Shown here in pieces: positions 19,789 through 30,108 of a stretch of DNA of 64,000 nt. Each line of letters starts with the position of its first letter. Within the stretch, counting starts at the first letter, position 1. The translations under genes were made by a program, and so were the position numbers. The notes beneath the pieces were generated by a model. That model did not search any database and was not told the DNA's origin. It saw only the letters and a program-made list of their open reading frames with translations. The stretch is from Marispirochaeta sp. Lineage in GTDB: Bacteria; Spirochaetota; Spirochaetia; JC444; Marispirochaetaceae. The stretch spans positions 1,760,001-1,824,000 of the forward strand of contig CAXXFF010000002.1 of the NCBI GenBank assembly GCA_963676835.2. Direction: 5' to 3'.

Positions 19789-22700
19789 AGATTCTCCGTC
19801 TGGCATTCTGCAATCTTAACTCCCTGAGAGGGGAGTTTTCCGTGGATTTTACCGTTTTTCCCTTTGAATCCGCCGGTCTCTTTGCGGTTACCGGGCCAAC
19901 CGGTGCAGGAAAGTCCACCGTTTTTGATGCTGTGTCTCTTTCTCTCTATGGAGAAACCCCCAGGCTGCGAAAACGCGGCGGCAGCGGGGAGGGAATCTAC
20001 GAGATTGTTTCCAGGCATACGGCTTATGCCTGGGCGGAAGTGGATTTTCAGGTGCCTTCAGGCAGGTACCGTGCCCGCTGGGAGACTCATCGGGCACGGG
20101 GAAGTGTAAAGGGGGCATTCCAGCAGCCACGGATGCGGCTGCAGCGAATCGCTTCCGGCGGGGAGGAGAAAGAAGAACTTCTGGAGGAGAAGCTCAGTGA
20201 AGTACCGGCCCGGGTTGCAGAACTTACAGGGCTGGATTTTACCCGCTTTACCCGCTCCATGCTTCTTGCCCAGGGGGCTTTCTCTGCTTTTCTTGAAGCA
20301 TCTCCGGCGGAACGGGCGGAGCTGCTTGAAAAGATGACCGGCTCCTTTATCTACTCAGAAGTTTCCCGGCTGGCCTTTGAGCGGGCAAAAGAGGAGGAGC
20401 AGAAGGAGGCTGATCTGAAGCGGCGCCTTGAGGAGCTCCCCCTGCTTGATGAAGCGTCTCATCAGCAGCTGGAGGTTTCCCTTGCTTCCTTGCTGGAACG
20501 TCGGGGGGACTCTTTGTCTGCCCGTGATCAGCTGATTGCCACTCTGGAGAAATCCCGCAGGAAAAAGTACTTAATCTCGGAGAAGGAAAAACTCGGTAAA
20601 CAACTCTCTATTATGGATGCCAGACAGGCGGAGATGGCGGAACTGCGTACTGCCCTCGAGATGCATGACAAGGTCCTTCCCAGCCGGGGCGAGCTGAATC
20701 ACCTTGAACGGCTTAAGAAACAGGAGACGGAACTGTCCGGGAGAATCGAGCTTCTGTCCAGCCAGGCAGCGAAGGTGGCACAGGAAGAAAGTCAGCTGCT
20801 TCGGCAGGCCGGGACGTCCGTGCTGAATGTGGATGCCAAAAAAGCAGAGTTGAAACGGATTCTTCTTGTTCAGCAGGAAGCTGACAAGATATCTCTTGCG
20901 CTGGCTGATCTTGATGCACGTCTGGAGGATGAAAAAAACCGGCAGACCGAAATAAGCATGAGAATGGGGGAGCGGGAGTCTGAACTTCAATCCTGTCGAG
21001 ATCGTATTGCAGAGATTGATCTGGAACTGCCGGGGCACGAGACAGTGACTGATAACCGCGCCCTTGCGGGTATCAGTGAAGAAATCGGCCTGATCCGCAT
21101 TCGTCTGGATGAAGCAGTTGAAGCAAAGAAATCTCTTGTGGTTCTTGATGAGGATATCAGGTCCTGTAGAATTGAGCTTTCAGACCTTGAGAGTGAGATT
21201 ACTGCCGCCGGCAGCAATGAAGGTCCTGAAAATCAGCTCAAAACCTGCCGGAACCAGCTGAAAGATGTCGACCGCCGGCTTGCGTCCCTGCCTGAAAGAA
21301 AACAGCTCTCCGAAGGGCAGAAAGCCCTCGAGGTAGAGCTCTCGGCGCTGCAGCTCTTCAATGAAAACAGGGTAGAACAAGATAAGATCAAGGCTGAACG
21401 TTCTATTCTTGGTGAGAAACTCGCTCTTCTTGATAAGGAGATATCATCTCTGCAACAGCATTCTGCTGCTTTGAAGGAGCTTCTTGAGGCGCAGAAAAGC
21501 AGTTCTCTTGCTGCTGCAGCTGCAGCTTTGAGGGAGAACCTGCGCAGGGGGCGGCCATGTCCTGTCTGCGGTTCAAAGGAGCATCCATCCTCCCATCAGG
21601 GAGAGCTCTTTGACAGCTTTTCCGGCGATGAAGAAAGCAAAGATGAGCATGACGGTGTGGAGGAGGAGTACCGGCAGTCTCTGGTCCGGCTTGCTGAGCT
21701 GGGAGAAGCCAGAAAGCACCTGCTGCAGGCTGATGCGAAAAAAGAGGAAGAGCTGCAGTCTCTATCAGCCGGTCTTGAAGATATCCCGGGGGATCCTGCT
21801 GAGCTTGAGAAGAGGATAAGCCGCCTTGAGGAGCAGCGGGAGCTGCTGGACAGCCTGGAGGCTGAGCGTACTGATCTTTTTCACCGCCTGGGAGAGCTGA
21901 CTGAATACGAACGGGAACAGAGCAGTTTTGTTGAAAAAAAACGCAATGACGCAGTCCTCCGCCGTGAACGGCTTGGGCGTCTTGAACAGGATAAAGAGAG
22001 GATGCTTGAGGCTGCATCCCTGGCCGATTCCTTTATAGAAAAACACCTTGTCCCGGCAGGAATCGATCCGGCCGCAGCAAATGCAGCAGAGCTGGTGGAG
22101 AGTTCTGTTGTCCAGTTCCGCCAGGCCGCGGATTCCCGTAAGGTCCTGTCCGGTGAAAAACAGGCCCTTTTAGAGAAAGCTCTTCTGTTTGAAAAGGAGG
22201 CGGCTGTAACAGGTTCTGAGCTTGAGACTGCAGCAGAGCGTGTTCAGGATCTGACCACCCGGAGAAACGAACTTTCCGGCGGGCTTGAAGTTCTGACCGG
22301 CGGCAAGGATGCGGATATGATGGTTTCTGCGGCAGAATCTGAGCTGAAGAGTGCTGAAGAGGCTGATTCCTCAATACGGCAGCAGCTTTCCTCCCTAAGG
22401 GAAGAAGCCGCCAGGCTTAAAGGTCTGGGCAGCGGGGCGGAAGAGAGCCGTGAACAGGGGCGAGTAGAGCAGAAATCTCTCGAATCCCTGCTCATGGAAA
22501 CAGCCGGGGCGCTGGGTTTTGACTCTTTAAACGGTTTTGCAGCAGCCCTCCTGAATGACTATTCTCAGCGCAGGCAGGAACTTGACGAATACGAGTCCCG
22601 CCGCAGCGAACTTGTCCGGGAAGCAGGAGTTCTTGATACCGAGCTGACATCCCTTGGTGATGTTACCTCTGATATTACCATCCTTGAAGGGAATCTGCGC

Positions 22701-23348
22701 TCTCTCGATGAAGAGCTCGAAAAGCTGCAGCAGGAACAGTTTTCAATGATGCAGCAGCTTGAGAAGGAAAAGGAAAACCGCGCCTTAAGAGAGTCTCTGG
22801 AGAAAGAGCTGGAAGATCAGTCCCGGGAATACAGCCTCTGGTGGCGGCTGAAACAGGTAATCGGTTCCGCCAGGGGCGATTCCTTCCGGAGATTCGCCCA
22901 GGGGCTTACCCTGGATTTTCTTATCCGTCTGGCCAACGGCCATCTGAAACGTTTTTCCGGACGCTACCGTCTGCAGCGTCAGCAGGGGGATGATCTGGCC
23001 CTTGAGATATGCGATACCTGGCAGGCGGATACGGTCCGTCCTGTGGCAACTCTCTCCGGAGGAGAGACCTTCCTTGTCAGTCTTTCTCTTGCTCTGGGGC
23101 TTTCTGAACTTGCAGGACGGAAAACACGGATCGACTCGCTTTTTCTGGATGAAGGCTTCGGTACTCTCGATGCGGAGACTCTGGAGACGGTTCTTGCCGC
23201 CCTGGATACCCTTCAATCCGGCGGAAAGCTGATTGGGGTAATCTCCCATGTTGAGGTGCTGAAGGAGCGGATTCCGGTACAGATACAGATTTCAAGAAGG
23301 GGAGCCGGCTCCAGTACCCTTTTTGTGGTACCGGAACCGGTGGCTTAA
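19785..23348 (+). CDS. sbcC: Exonuclease SbcCD subunit C (Rad50-like ATPase)
   Basis: Walker A GPTGAGKS, coiled coils, zinc hook CPVC, LSGGE, FLDEGFG. Confidence 0.93.
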   Translation: MKILRLAFCNLNSLRGEFSVDFTVFPFESAGLFAVTGPTGAGKSTVFDAVSLSLYGETPRLRKRGGSGEGIYEIVSRHTAYAWAEVDFQVPSGRYRARWETHRARGSVKGAFQQPRMRLQRIASGGEEKEELLEEKLSEVPARVAELTGLDFTRFTRSMLLAQGAFSAFLEASPAERAELLEKMTGSFIYSEVSRLAFERAKEEEQKEADLKRRLEELPLLDEASHQQLEVSLASLLERRGDSLSARDQLIATLEKSRRKKYLISEKEKLGKQLSIMDARQAEMAELRTALEMHDKVLPSRGELNHLERLKKQETELSGRIELLSSQAAKVAQEESQLLRQAGTSVLNVDAKKAELKRILLVQQEADKISLALADLDARLEDEKNRQTEISMRMGERESELQSCRDRIAEIDLELPGHETVTDNRALAGISEEIGLIRIRLDEAVEAKKSLVVLDEDIRSCRIELSDLESEITAAGSNEGPENQLKTCRNQLKDVDRRLASLPERKQLSEGQKALEVELSALQLFNENRVEQDKIKAERSILGEKLALLDKEISSLQQHSAALKELLEAQKSSSLAAAAAALRENLRRGRPCPVCGSKEHPSSHQGELFDSFSGDEESKDEHDGVEEEYRQSLVRLAELGEARKHLLQADAKKEEELQSLSAGLEDIPGDPAELEKRISRLEEQRELLDSLEAERTDLFHRLGELTEYEREQSSFVEKKRNDAVLRRERLGRLEQDKERMLEAASLADSFIEKHLVPAGIDPAAANAAELVESSVVQFRQAADSRKVLSGEKQALLEKALLFEKEAAVTGSELETAAERVQDLTTRRNELSGGLEVLTGGKDADMMVSAAESELKSAEEADSSIRQQLSSLREEAARLKGLGSGAEESREQGRVEQKSLESLLMETAGALGFDSLNGFAAALLNDYSQRRQELDEYESRRSELVREAGVLDTELTSLGDVTSDITILEGNLRSLDEELEKLQQEQFSMMQQLEKEKENRALRESLEKELEDQSREYSLWWRLKQVIGSARGDSFRRFAQGLTLDFLIRLANGHLKRFSGRYRLQRQQGDDLALEICDTWQADTVRPVATLSGGETFLVSLSLALGLSELAGRKTRIDSLFLDEGFGTLDAETLETVLAALDTLQSGGKLIGVISHVEVLKERIPVQIQISRRGAGSSTLFVVPEPVA

Positions 23349-23352
23349 GGGC

Positions 23353-24810
23353 CTATTTCCAGCAGACCCGGGGTTTTCGGGCTGCCAGCACTTCGTCCAG
23401 CCGTCCAACCGGGGTTGTTACCGGTGCGGATTTCAGAAACTCCGGATCTTCAGCCCCTTTTTCTGCAAGTTCAATTACAGTGGAGATAAAATGGTCCAGG
23501 GTTTCCCTGTTCTCAGTCTCCGTGGGTTCAATCATCAGGGCTTCGTGTACGATCAGGGGAAAATAGACCGTCGGAGGGTGTATTCCCTTGTCGATGAGGC
23601 CCTTGGCCATATCCGTAGCAGTAATGCCGCTGCGATCCTTCAGCTTTCTGGCGGAGGCGACAAACTCATGCTTACAGAGCCCGTTGTAGGGAATGTCCAG
23701 TGCCTCTTCCAGTGCCTTCCTGCAGTAGTTTGCATTCAGCACTGCCAGATCCGAGGCCCGGGCCAGGCCGTCGCTGCCCATGGCATGAATGTAGGCGGTA
23801 GCTCGAACCATTACCCCCGTATTGCCGTAGAATCCTGCAACTCTTCCCATGCTGTGGCTGCTCTCTTCCGACAGGTGATAGCTGTCGTTTTCTGTACGGA
23901 CAATATCCGGACCGGGAAGAAATGATTTCAGTCTGCTGCTTACCAGTACCGGTCCGGCCCCGGGACCGCCTCCGCCGTGGGGGGTGGAGAAGGTTTTGTG
24001 CAGGTTAAGGTGTACAACATCAAAGCCCATGTCGCCGGGGCGGCAGCGGCCCATTATGGCGTTAAGGTTGGCTCCGTCATAGTAGAGGAGTCCTCCGGCG
24101 GCATGGACCTTTGCGGCAATTTTATCGATCTCCCGTTCAAAGAGCCCCAGGGTATTGGGGTTTGTCAGCATAATTCCCGCAAGGTTACCGTCAATATGCT
24201 CTTCCAGGGCCTCCAGGGAAACCAGGCCCCGTTCGTCAGAGGGGATTTCCACCACGTCGAAGCCTGCTATATGGGCAGAGGCGGGGTTTGTTCCGTGGGA
24301 GGAGTCGGGTACCAGAATTTTTCGACGCTCTGTTTCGCCTTTTGCATTAAAGTAGCTTCTGAAAAGCTTCATACCGGTGTATTCGCCCTGGGCTCCGGCA
24401 AAGGGCTGAAGGGTTCCCCAGGACATGCCGGTTATTTCACAGAGATCCGACAGCAGCCGGTACATAAGCTCCAGAGTTCCCTGGGCAGCCTGAACGGGGA
24501 CATAGGGGTGGAGTCCGGTAAATCCTTTCAGGGCGGCGATATCTTCGTTTATCTTGGGGTTGTACTTCATGGTACACGAGCCCAGGGGGTAGAAACCCAG
24601 GTCCACACCGAAATTTCTGCGGGACAGGCCGGTAAAATGGCGGACCACATCCACTTCCGAGAGTTCCGGGAGCTCTGCCGCATCTTTTCTCAGCAGTCCG
24701 GCGGGTATAAGCTCATCCGCTCCGTTCTGGGGAATGTCAGTCTCCGGCAGGCGGTAACCCCTGCGGCCGCTGCGGCTTCGTTCAAAAATCATGGGGAATT
24801 CGCTTCTCAT
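23353..24810 (-). CDS. gcvPB: Glycine dehydrogenase subunit 2
   Basis: PLGSCTMKYNP, HGTNPASA, LNLHKTF..PHGGGGPG. Confidence 0.95.
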   Translation of the reverse strand: MRSEFPMIFERSRSGRRGYRLPETDIPQNGADELIPAGLLRKDAAELPELSEVDVVRHFTGLSRRNFGVDLGFYPLGSCTMKYNPKINEDIAALKGFTGLHPYVPVQAAQGTLELMYRLLSDLCEITGMSWGTLQPFAGAQGEYTGMKLFRSYFNAKGETERRKILVPDSSHGTNPASAHIAGFDVVEIPSDERGLVSLEALEEHIDGNLAGIMLTNPNTLGLFEREIDKIAAKVHAAGGLLYYDGANLNAIMGRCRPGDMGFDVVHLNLHKTFSTPHGGGGPGAGPVLVSSRLKSFLPGPDIVRTENDSYHLSEESSHSMGRVAGFYGNTGVMVRATAYIHAMGSDGLARASDLAVLNANYCRKALEEALDIPYNGLCKHEFVASARKLKDRSGITATDMAKGLIDKGIHPPTVYFPLIVHEALMIEPTETENRETLDHFISTVIELAEKGAEDPEFLKSAPVTTPVGRLDEVLAARKPRVCWK

Positions 24811-26153
24811 GCCAGAGCCTCCTTCAGTGCAGCTGCAAGTCCGTCAATCTCTTCTCTGGTGCGTTTTTCCGTGACAGCAACAATAATACGGTTGGAGTCG
24901 CCCCGGCTGTGGAGCCGTTTTTCCGGTACTCCCGCAAAGAAGCCCGCTTCAATCAGTCTGTCGGCGGTATCCTCTGCGTCGTTTTTCAGGTTCAGGGTGA
25001 ATTCGTTGAAAAAGCTGCCGGGGAAGGCCGCCTCTACGCCTGATACTGCAGTCAGCTTTTCAAAGGCGTAGCGGGCGTTGTTCATATTGCGCAGAGACGT
25101 TTCCCGGAATCCCTCTTTTCCCAGCAGACTCAGATGCACCGTTGAGGCAAGGGCCGCAAGAGCCTGATTGGAACAGATATTTGAGGTGGCCCGCTGGCGT
25201 TTAATGTGCTGCTCCCGTGCCTGCAGGGTAAGCACAAAGCCGCGGTTGCCGTCGCCGTCCTGAGTGAGCCCGGAAATTCGGCCCGGCATCTTGCGGATCA
25301 GTTTTTCTCCCGCCGCAATGTATCCTGCAGTGGGGCCGCCGAAGTTCTGGGGAAGGCCCAGGGGCTGACAATCGCCTACGGCAATATCGGCTCCCCATTC
25401 CCGGGGAGAGCGGCATACTCCGAGGCTCAAGGGGTTTGCGGAAATTATCAGGATGGAACCGTTGGCGTTAATCTGTTCATCCAGGCCGGTAAGGTCTTCA
25501 AGGATCCCGTAGACATTGGGGGTCTGGATCAGGACGCCCGCCACGCTTCCATCAAGGCGGTCGGCCAGTTCTTCCCGGGAGGTAGTTCCCTCTTTCTGTC
25601 CCAGGAGGCTGATCTTAACACCCAGATCGGCGTAATAGGTTTCCATTACCTCGATGGTCGCGGGATGCACAGTAGAGGAAACCAGGATTGTGTCCCCTTT
25701 CTTAACGCTGTTCAGAGCCATGGCCGCCGCTTCTGCAGCTGCCGTATGTCCGTCATACAGGGAGGCGTTGGAAACATCCAGCCCGGTAAGACGGCAGATC
25801 ATACTCTGGAATTCGAATATGCCCTGCAGCATCCCCTGGGACATCTCCGCCTGATAGGGGGTATAGGCGGTGGCGAATTCCGCCCGGGATGTAAGATGCC
25901 CCACCGCTGCGGGAATAAGATGATCATAAATACCGCAGCCGAGAAATGATATCGGCTCAACCCGGTTTTTCCGGGCAAGCTTTTCCATGCGGCGGTATAC
26001 TTCAAACTCTCCTGCCCCGGGGGGAAGGTTGAGTGCCTTTTTCAGCCGTACAGATTCGGGGATGTCTGCAAATAGATCATCCAGAGATTCTGCGCCGACG
26101 CTTTTCAGCATCTGTCGAATATCTTCTTCCGTGTGGGGCAGATAGGGAAACAT
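24807..26153 (-). CDS. gcvPA: Glycine dehydrogenase subunit 1
   Basis: YTPYQAE, NASLYDG, QAREQHI, ATSNICSNQ; start MFPYLPHT. Confidence 0.93.
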   Translation of the reverse strand: MFPYLPHTEEDIRQMLKSVGAESLDDLFADIPESVRLKKALNLPPGAGEFEVYRRMEKLARKNRVEPISFLGCGIYDHLIPAAVGHLTSRAEFATAYTPYQAEMSQGMLQGIFEFQSMICRLTGLDVSNASLYDGHTAAAEAAAMALNSVKKGDTILVSSTVHPATIEVMETYYADLGVKISLLGQKEGTTSREELADRLDGSVAGVLIQTPNVYGILEDLTGLDEQINANGSILIISANPLSLGVCRSPREWGADIAVGDCQPLGLPQNFGGPTAGYIAAGEKLIRKMPGRISGLTQDGDGNRGFVLTLQAREQHIKRQRATSNICSNQALAALASTVHLSLLGKEGFRETSLRNMNNARYAFEKLTAVSGVEAAFPGSFFNEFTLNLKNDAEDTADRLIEAGFFAGVPEKRLHSRGDSNRIIVAVTEKRTREEIDGLAAALKEALA

Positions 26154-26160
26154 TCTGTTT

Positions 26161-26553
26161 CTATTCCTCGTTTTCCGCCAGGAACTTCTCGTATCCTGCC
26201 GCGTCAAGAAGAGTGTCGACTTCGCCGGGATTGCTCATTTTAATGGCAAAGAGGAAGGCTCCATAGGGGTCCTGGTTCACCTTTTCCGGTGCGTCTTCGA
26301 GGTCACTGTTTACTTTGCTTATGGTACCGGAAACAGGTGCATAAATGGAGGAAGCAGCCTTTACGGATTCTATTGTGGTTACTTCATCTCCCTTTGAAAC
26401 CTCTGTTCCGGTTTCGGGAATCTCCACATAGACGATCTCTCCCAGGCTTTCCTGGGCGTGGTCACTGATTCCCACCAGGGCAGTGTCGCCCTCAATTTTC
26501 ACCCACTCGTGGCTTTCCAGATACTTAAGGTCCTTGTTTATTTCTGAACTCAT
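26161..26553 (-). CDS. gcvH: Glycine cleavage system H protein
   Basis: SHEW, lipoyl-Lys motif IESVKAAS, NQDPYG. Confidence 0.95.
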   Translation of the reverse strand: MSSEINKDLKYLESHEWVKIEGDTALVGISDHAQESLGEIVYVEIPETGTEVSKGDEVTTIESVKAASSIYAPVSGTISKVNSDLEDAPEKVNQDPYGAFLFAIKMSNPGEVDTLLDAAGYEKFLAENEE

Positions 26554-26586
26554 ATTTTACTCCTTCCGCTGTAATCTTCCGCCTTC

Positions 26587-27711
26587 TCAGGCGTATGCTT
26601 TTTTATAGAACGGTGTGGCTGTTATTTCTGCCTTTCGCAGCCTACCGTTAATTTCAACCTCTACAATATCCCCGGTCTTTACCAGGTCCCGGGGAAGCCG
26701 TACAATGGCGATAAAGCTGTCCAGACTGGGAGACTTGCCTCCGCTGGTTACTTCACCTCTTTTGTCACCGCCGACAAAAACCGGATACCCCTGGCGGGGA
26801 ACACCCTTATCGATCATCTGCAGTCCACGAAGAATCCGGTAGTTCCCGGTTTCCACCATGCCGGTCAAAGCCTCTTTGCCGATAAAAAACTCTTTTTCAA
26901 AATTGATAAAGCTTTTAAGGCCTGCCTCCAGGGGACCGGCATCGGCGGTCAGTTCGTGTCCATAGAGGGGAAGCCTTGCTTCCATTCTGAGGGTGTCCCT
27001 GCTTCCAAGGCCGCAGGGCAGGGCGCCCCTGTCGCGGGTATGATTAACCAGGGTGGTATAGATGGCTGCTCCCTCTTCTGCGGGAGAGTAGATTTCGAAG
27101 CCCGATTCGCCGGTGTAGCCGGTGCGGGAAATCAGGACTTCCGTACCGGACAGTGATGCCTTCTCCTCGAAGCCGTAGAAAGGAATATCCGCAAGATTGG
27201 TATCCACCAGCTCCTGGAGATACTCTTCCGCTTTGGGCCCCTGCAGGGCTATCTGGGCCCATTTATTTGAGCGGTTTTCTATAATTACAGACTCCGGTCT
27301 GCCGGCGGCTTCCGGATTTTCCGTGTATATCCAGTTAAAATCTTTTTCCGTATTGGATGCATTGACCACCAGCATGAAACGCTCTTCTGCAAGCCGGTAG
27401 ATTACCAGGTCGTCAACTGATCCGCCGTCGGGATAGCAGAGGATGGTATAAAGACAGCGGCCGGTTTTCATTGATGCCACAGAGCCGGTTACCAGTCTGT
27501 CCAGATAATCCCCGGCTCCTTTGCCTTCTACAAAGATTTCGCCCATATGGGAGACATCGAATATCCCGGCGTTGGAGCGGACTGTTTTATGTTCAGTTAT
27601 GATTCCGGTTGAAAACTGTACCGGAAGTTCCCAGCCGCCGAAGTCGATAAGTTTGACTCCCTCCATAGCGCTGTAGGCTGAGTAAAGGGGTGTTCTCTTT
27701 AATGATTTCAT
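26587..27711 (-). CDS. gcvT: Glycine cleavage system T protein (aminomethyltransferase)
   Basis: KRTPL, FDVSHMG, SRTGYTGE, GSRDTLRMEA. Confidence 0.95.
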   Translation of the reverse strand: MKSLKRTPLYSAYSAMEGVKLIDFGGWELPVQFSTGIITEHKTVRSNAGIFDVSHMGEIFVEGKGAGDYLDRLVTGSVASMKTGRCLYTILCYPDGGSVDDLVIYRLAEERFMLVVNASNTEKDFNWIYTENPEAAGRPESVIIENRSNKWAQIALQGPKAEEYLQELVDTNLADIPFYGFEEKASLSGTEVLISRTGYTGESGFEIYSPAEEGAAIYTTLVNHTRDRGALPCGLGSRDTLRMEARLPLYGHELTADAGPLEAGLKSFINFEKEFFIGKEALTGMVETGNYRILRGLQMIDKGVPRQGYPVFVGGDKRGEVTSGGKSPSLDSFIAIVRLPRDLVKTGDIVEVEINGRLRKAEITATPFYKKAYA

Positions 27712-27751
27712 GGTCCCTGCCTTGTTAATAAAAGGATAATCCTATCCGTGC

Positions 27752-28195
27752 TTATCCGCTATAGGGGACTTTGCTGTTGTAGCATTTGTACACAACAAAG
27801 GTTTCCACCGAGTCTATGTCCTTGATTTTTGAAACTTCCTGAGTATAAAACTCCAGAAGGCTGAAATCCTCTTCAAGAAGTACGTCTATGAGCAGATCAA
27901 ACCGGCCGGTGACAACCTTTACTGCCAGAACTCCCCGGAGACGGCTTATCTCTTCGCCTTTTTTAACCAGATCCATGGTGGCAAGCTTCACGCCTACCAC
28001 AATCAGCTGTCCGCCGGGGATAGCTTCGGGTTCCACCAGGGCTTTTATCTCCATCTGACCCGATTCTGTCATTCGGTTGACCCGGCTGCGTACGGTATTT
28101 TCTGTAATCTGAAGTTCTTCCGCAATTTCCCGAAAAGACCGGCGGCCGTCTTTGAGTCTGGTCAGTATGTCGCAGTTGAGCTGGTCAAGTTGCAT
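27752..28195 (-). CDS. Lrp/AsnC-family transcriptional regulator
   Basis: DGRRSFREIAEELQITENTVRSRVNRM HTH; VTGRFDL in the RAM domain. Confidence 0.88.
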   Translation of the reverse strand: MQLDQLNCDILTRLKDGRRSFREIAEELQITENTVRSRVNRMTESGQMEIKALVEPEAIPGGQLIVVGVKLATMDLVKKGEEISRLRGVLAVKVVTGRFDLLIDVLLEEDFSLLEFYTQEVSKIKDIDSVETFVVYKCYNSKVPYSG

Positions 28196-28375
28196 ATGTG
28201 CAAATGTCATGTAAATTGCTGATAATGTCAATAATTTTAAGGTAAATTGATGAAAAAGTTATTTGATGTATTGAATACTGCTGAAACAGGCGTTTCGGGT
28301 TTCGGGTTGCAGAAAAATGAGGCCGGGAGGATCAATCTTGGCGGTAAGGTGTCAAAATGCTATAGTGGTGCCAGT

Positions 28376-30091
28376 ATGAGATTTACAGACTTTGATTTTC
28401 ATCCGGATATCCTGAAGGGTATCGAAGAAGCCGGCTTTGAAGAGTGTATGCCTGTTCAGGAACAGTGTTTTCAGGCCGTTTTTGCCGGCAAGGATGTAAC
28501 CGCCCAGTCCCAGACGGGGACGGGAAAAACCGCGGCGTTTCTTCTTTCCATCTATCAGCTGTTTTTATCCAACGGTGTAGAGAAGAAAAAAGCCCTTATT
28601 GTCGCTCCAACCAGGGAGCTTGTTGTACAGATTGAAGAGGAAGCAAAACTGCTTGGAGCCCATCTTGATCTCAAGGTAGGCAGTTTTTACGGCGGCGTTG
28701 GATACGCCAGCCAGGAACATCTGCTGAAAGACGGAGTGGATATTTTCGTTGGAACCCCCGGTCGCCTGATAGATTTCGGGAAGCAGAAAAAGATCGACTT
28801 TAAAGAGTTCGGCGCTGTAGTCATTGACGAGGCCGACAGGCTTTTTGATATGGGATTTCTCCCGGATCTGCGCAAACTGGTAAAAATGCTCCCTCCCATT
28901 AATGAGCGCAAAACATTGCTGTTTTCGGCGACCATGAGTGTCAGGGTACAGAACCTTGCCTGGGAATATATGCGCGATCCGGCTCATATCGAAATTGAGC
29001 CGGAACAGATTACCGTGGAAGAGATCGAGCAGAGCATCTACCATGTTTCCCGGGACGAAAAAATGCGCATGCTCATTGGTATTCTGAAGAAGTTCCAGCC
29101 TCCTACGGCTATTATTTTCAGCAATACCAAGTTCGCGTCTGTGGAGGTGGCCAAACGGCTCTCCCTCAACGGCTTCCCCTGTGAATACATCATGGGAGAC
29201 ATGCCCCAGAAGAAACGGCTTGCCACCATAAATAAGATCAAGAACGGAGAACTCCGTTTTCTGGTAGCCACCGATGTTGCCGCCCGGGGACTTCATATCA
29301 ATGATCTTGCCCTGGTGGTAAACTACGATGTGCCGGAAGACCCGGAAAGTTATGTTCACCGTATCGGTAGGACAGCCCGGGCCGGACGGGAAGGCCGGGC
29401 GGTAACCCTTGCCTGTGAGCGCTTTGTATATGGGCTTCCTGCCATAGAAAGCTACATCGGCATGAAACTCCCCGTTGCGGAAGTGGAAGAGGGACTTATT
29501 GCCGAAGACCAGAGTGCCGGCATGAATGTTATGCACGACCATTATCTGAAGAGAGACCGTGAGAGGGATTCCCGTTCCGGCGGCAGAGGCAGAAATGACC
29601 GCCGCGGAGGAGGCAGGAACGACCGTCGCCGGGATTCAAAACCCCGCAATTCCAGAGACCGTGACCGGAACGACCGGAACCGGGAGAAAAGCGGCGAGAT
29701 CCACCAGGATATCGATTCCGTTACAGGCCGCCAGACTTCCGGCTCGGGATACAAGAAAGGACGGCAGGATGGTCCCTCCAGAAACCGCCAGGACCGCTCC
29801 GGCAACAAACGGAGAGACCCCCAGCGTTCCGGCCAGAAAAAGCCGCGGCAGGAAGCACCCCAGGGAGCTCCCCGGAACTCCGCCCCCCGGCGCAGCCGCA
29901 AGGTGGCTCCGGAAATCGCCAGAAAGGGAGATCAGTCCCTGGAATCGCGGATGGAGTACTACCGCCAGAAATACGGCGAAAACTTTACTGCCAGTCCCGA
30001 TGTGCTGAAGAATGAGAAGAAGCACTCTTCCAAGGAGTCTCTTTTCAAGAAAATCGGACGCTTTTTCGGCGGAAGTAAAAAGCAGCAGTAA
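28376..30091 (+). CDS. DEAD-box RNA helicase with long charged C-terminal tail
   Basis: Q motif, SQTGTGKT, PTREL, DEAD, SAT, ARGL, HRIGRTAR. Confidence 0.95.
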   Translation: MRFTDFDFHPDILKGIEEAGFEECMPVQEQCFQAVFAGKDVTAQSQTGTGKTAAFLLSIYQLFLSNGVEKKKALIVAPTRELVVQIEEEAKLLGAHLDLKVGSFYGGVGYASQEHLLKDGVDIFVGTPGRLIDFGKQKKIDFKEFGAVVIDEADRLFDMGFLPDLRKLVKMLPPINERKTLLFSATMSVRVQNLAWEYMRDPAHIEIEPEQITVEEIEQSIYHVSRDEKMRMLIGILKKFQPPTAIIFSNTKFASVEVAKRLSLNGFPCEYIMGDMPQKKRLATINKIKNGELRFLVATDVAARGLHINDLALVVNYDVPEDPESYVHRIGRTARAGREGRAVTLACERFVYGLPAIESYIGMKLPVAEVEEGLIAEDQSAGMNVMHDHYLKRDRERDSRSGGRGRNDRRGGGRNDRRRDSKPRNSRDRDRNDRNREKSGEIHQDIDSVTGRQTSGSGYKKGRQDGPSRNRQDRSGNKRRDPQRSGQKKPRQEAPQGAPRNSAPRRSRKVAPEIARKGDQSLESRMEYYRQKYGENFTASPDVLKNEKKHSSKESLFKKIGRFFGGSKKQQ

Positions 30092-30108
30092 GTCCTAAAA
30101 AAGGGGCT

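Noticed and set aside
18580..23348. SbcCD as an anti-phage or Wadjet-like system
   Set aside because: Canonical two-gene sbcDC with zinc hook in a housekeeping context; no defence-associated neighbours
27712..27751. Glycine riboswitch upstream of gcvT
   Set aside because: Gap is only 40 bp and has no aptamer-like motif
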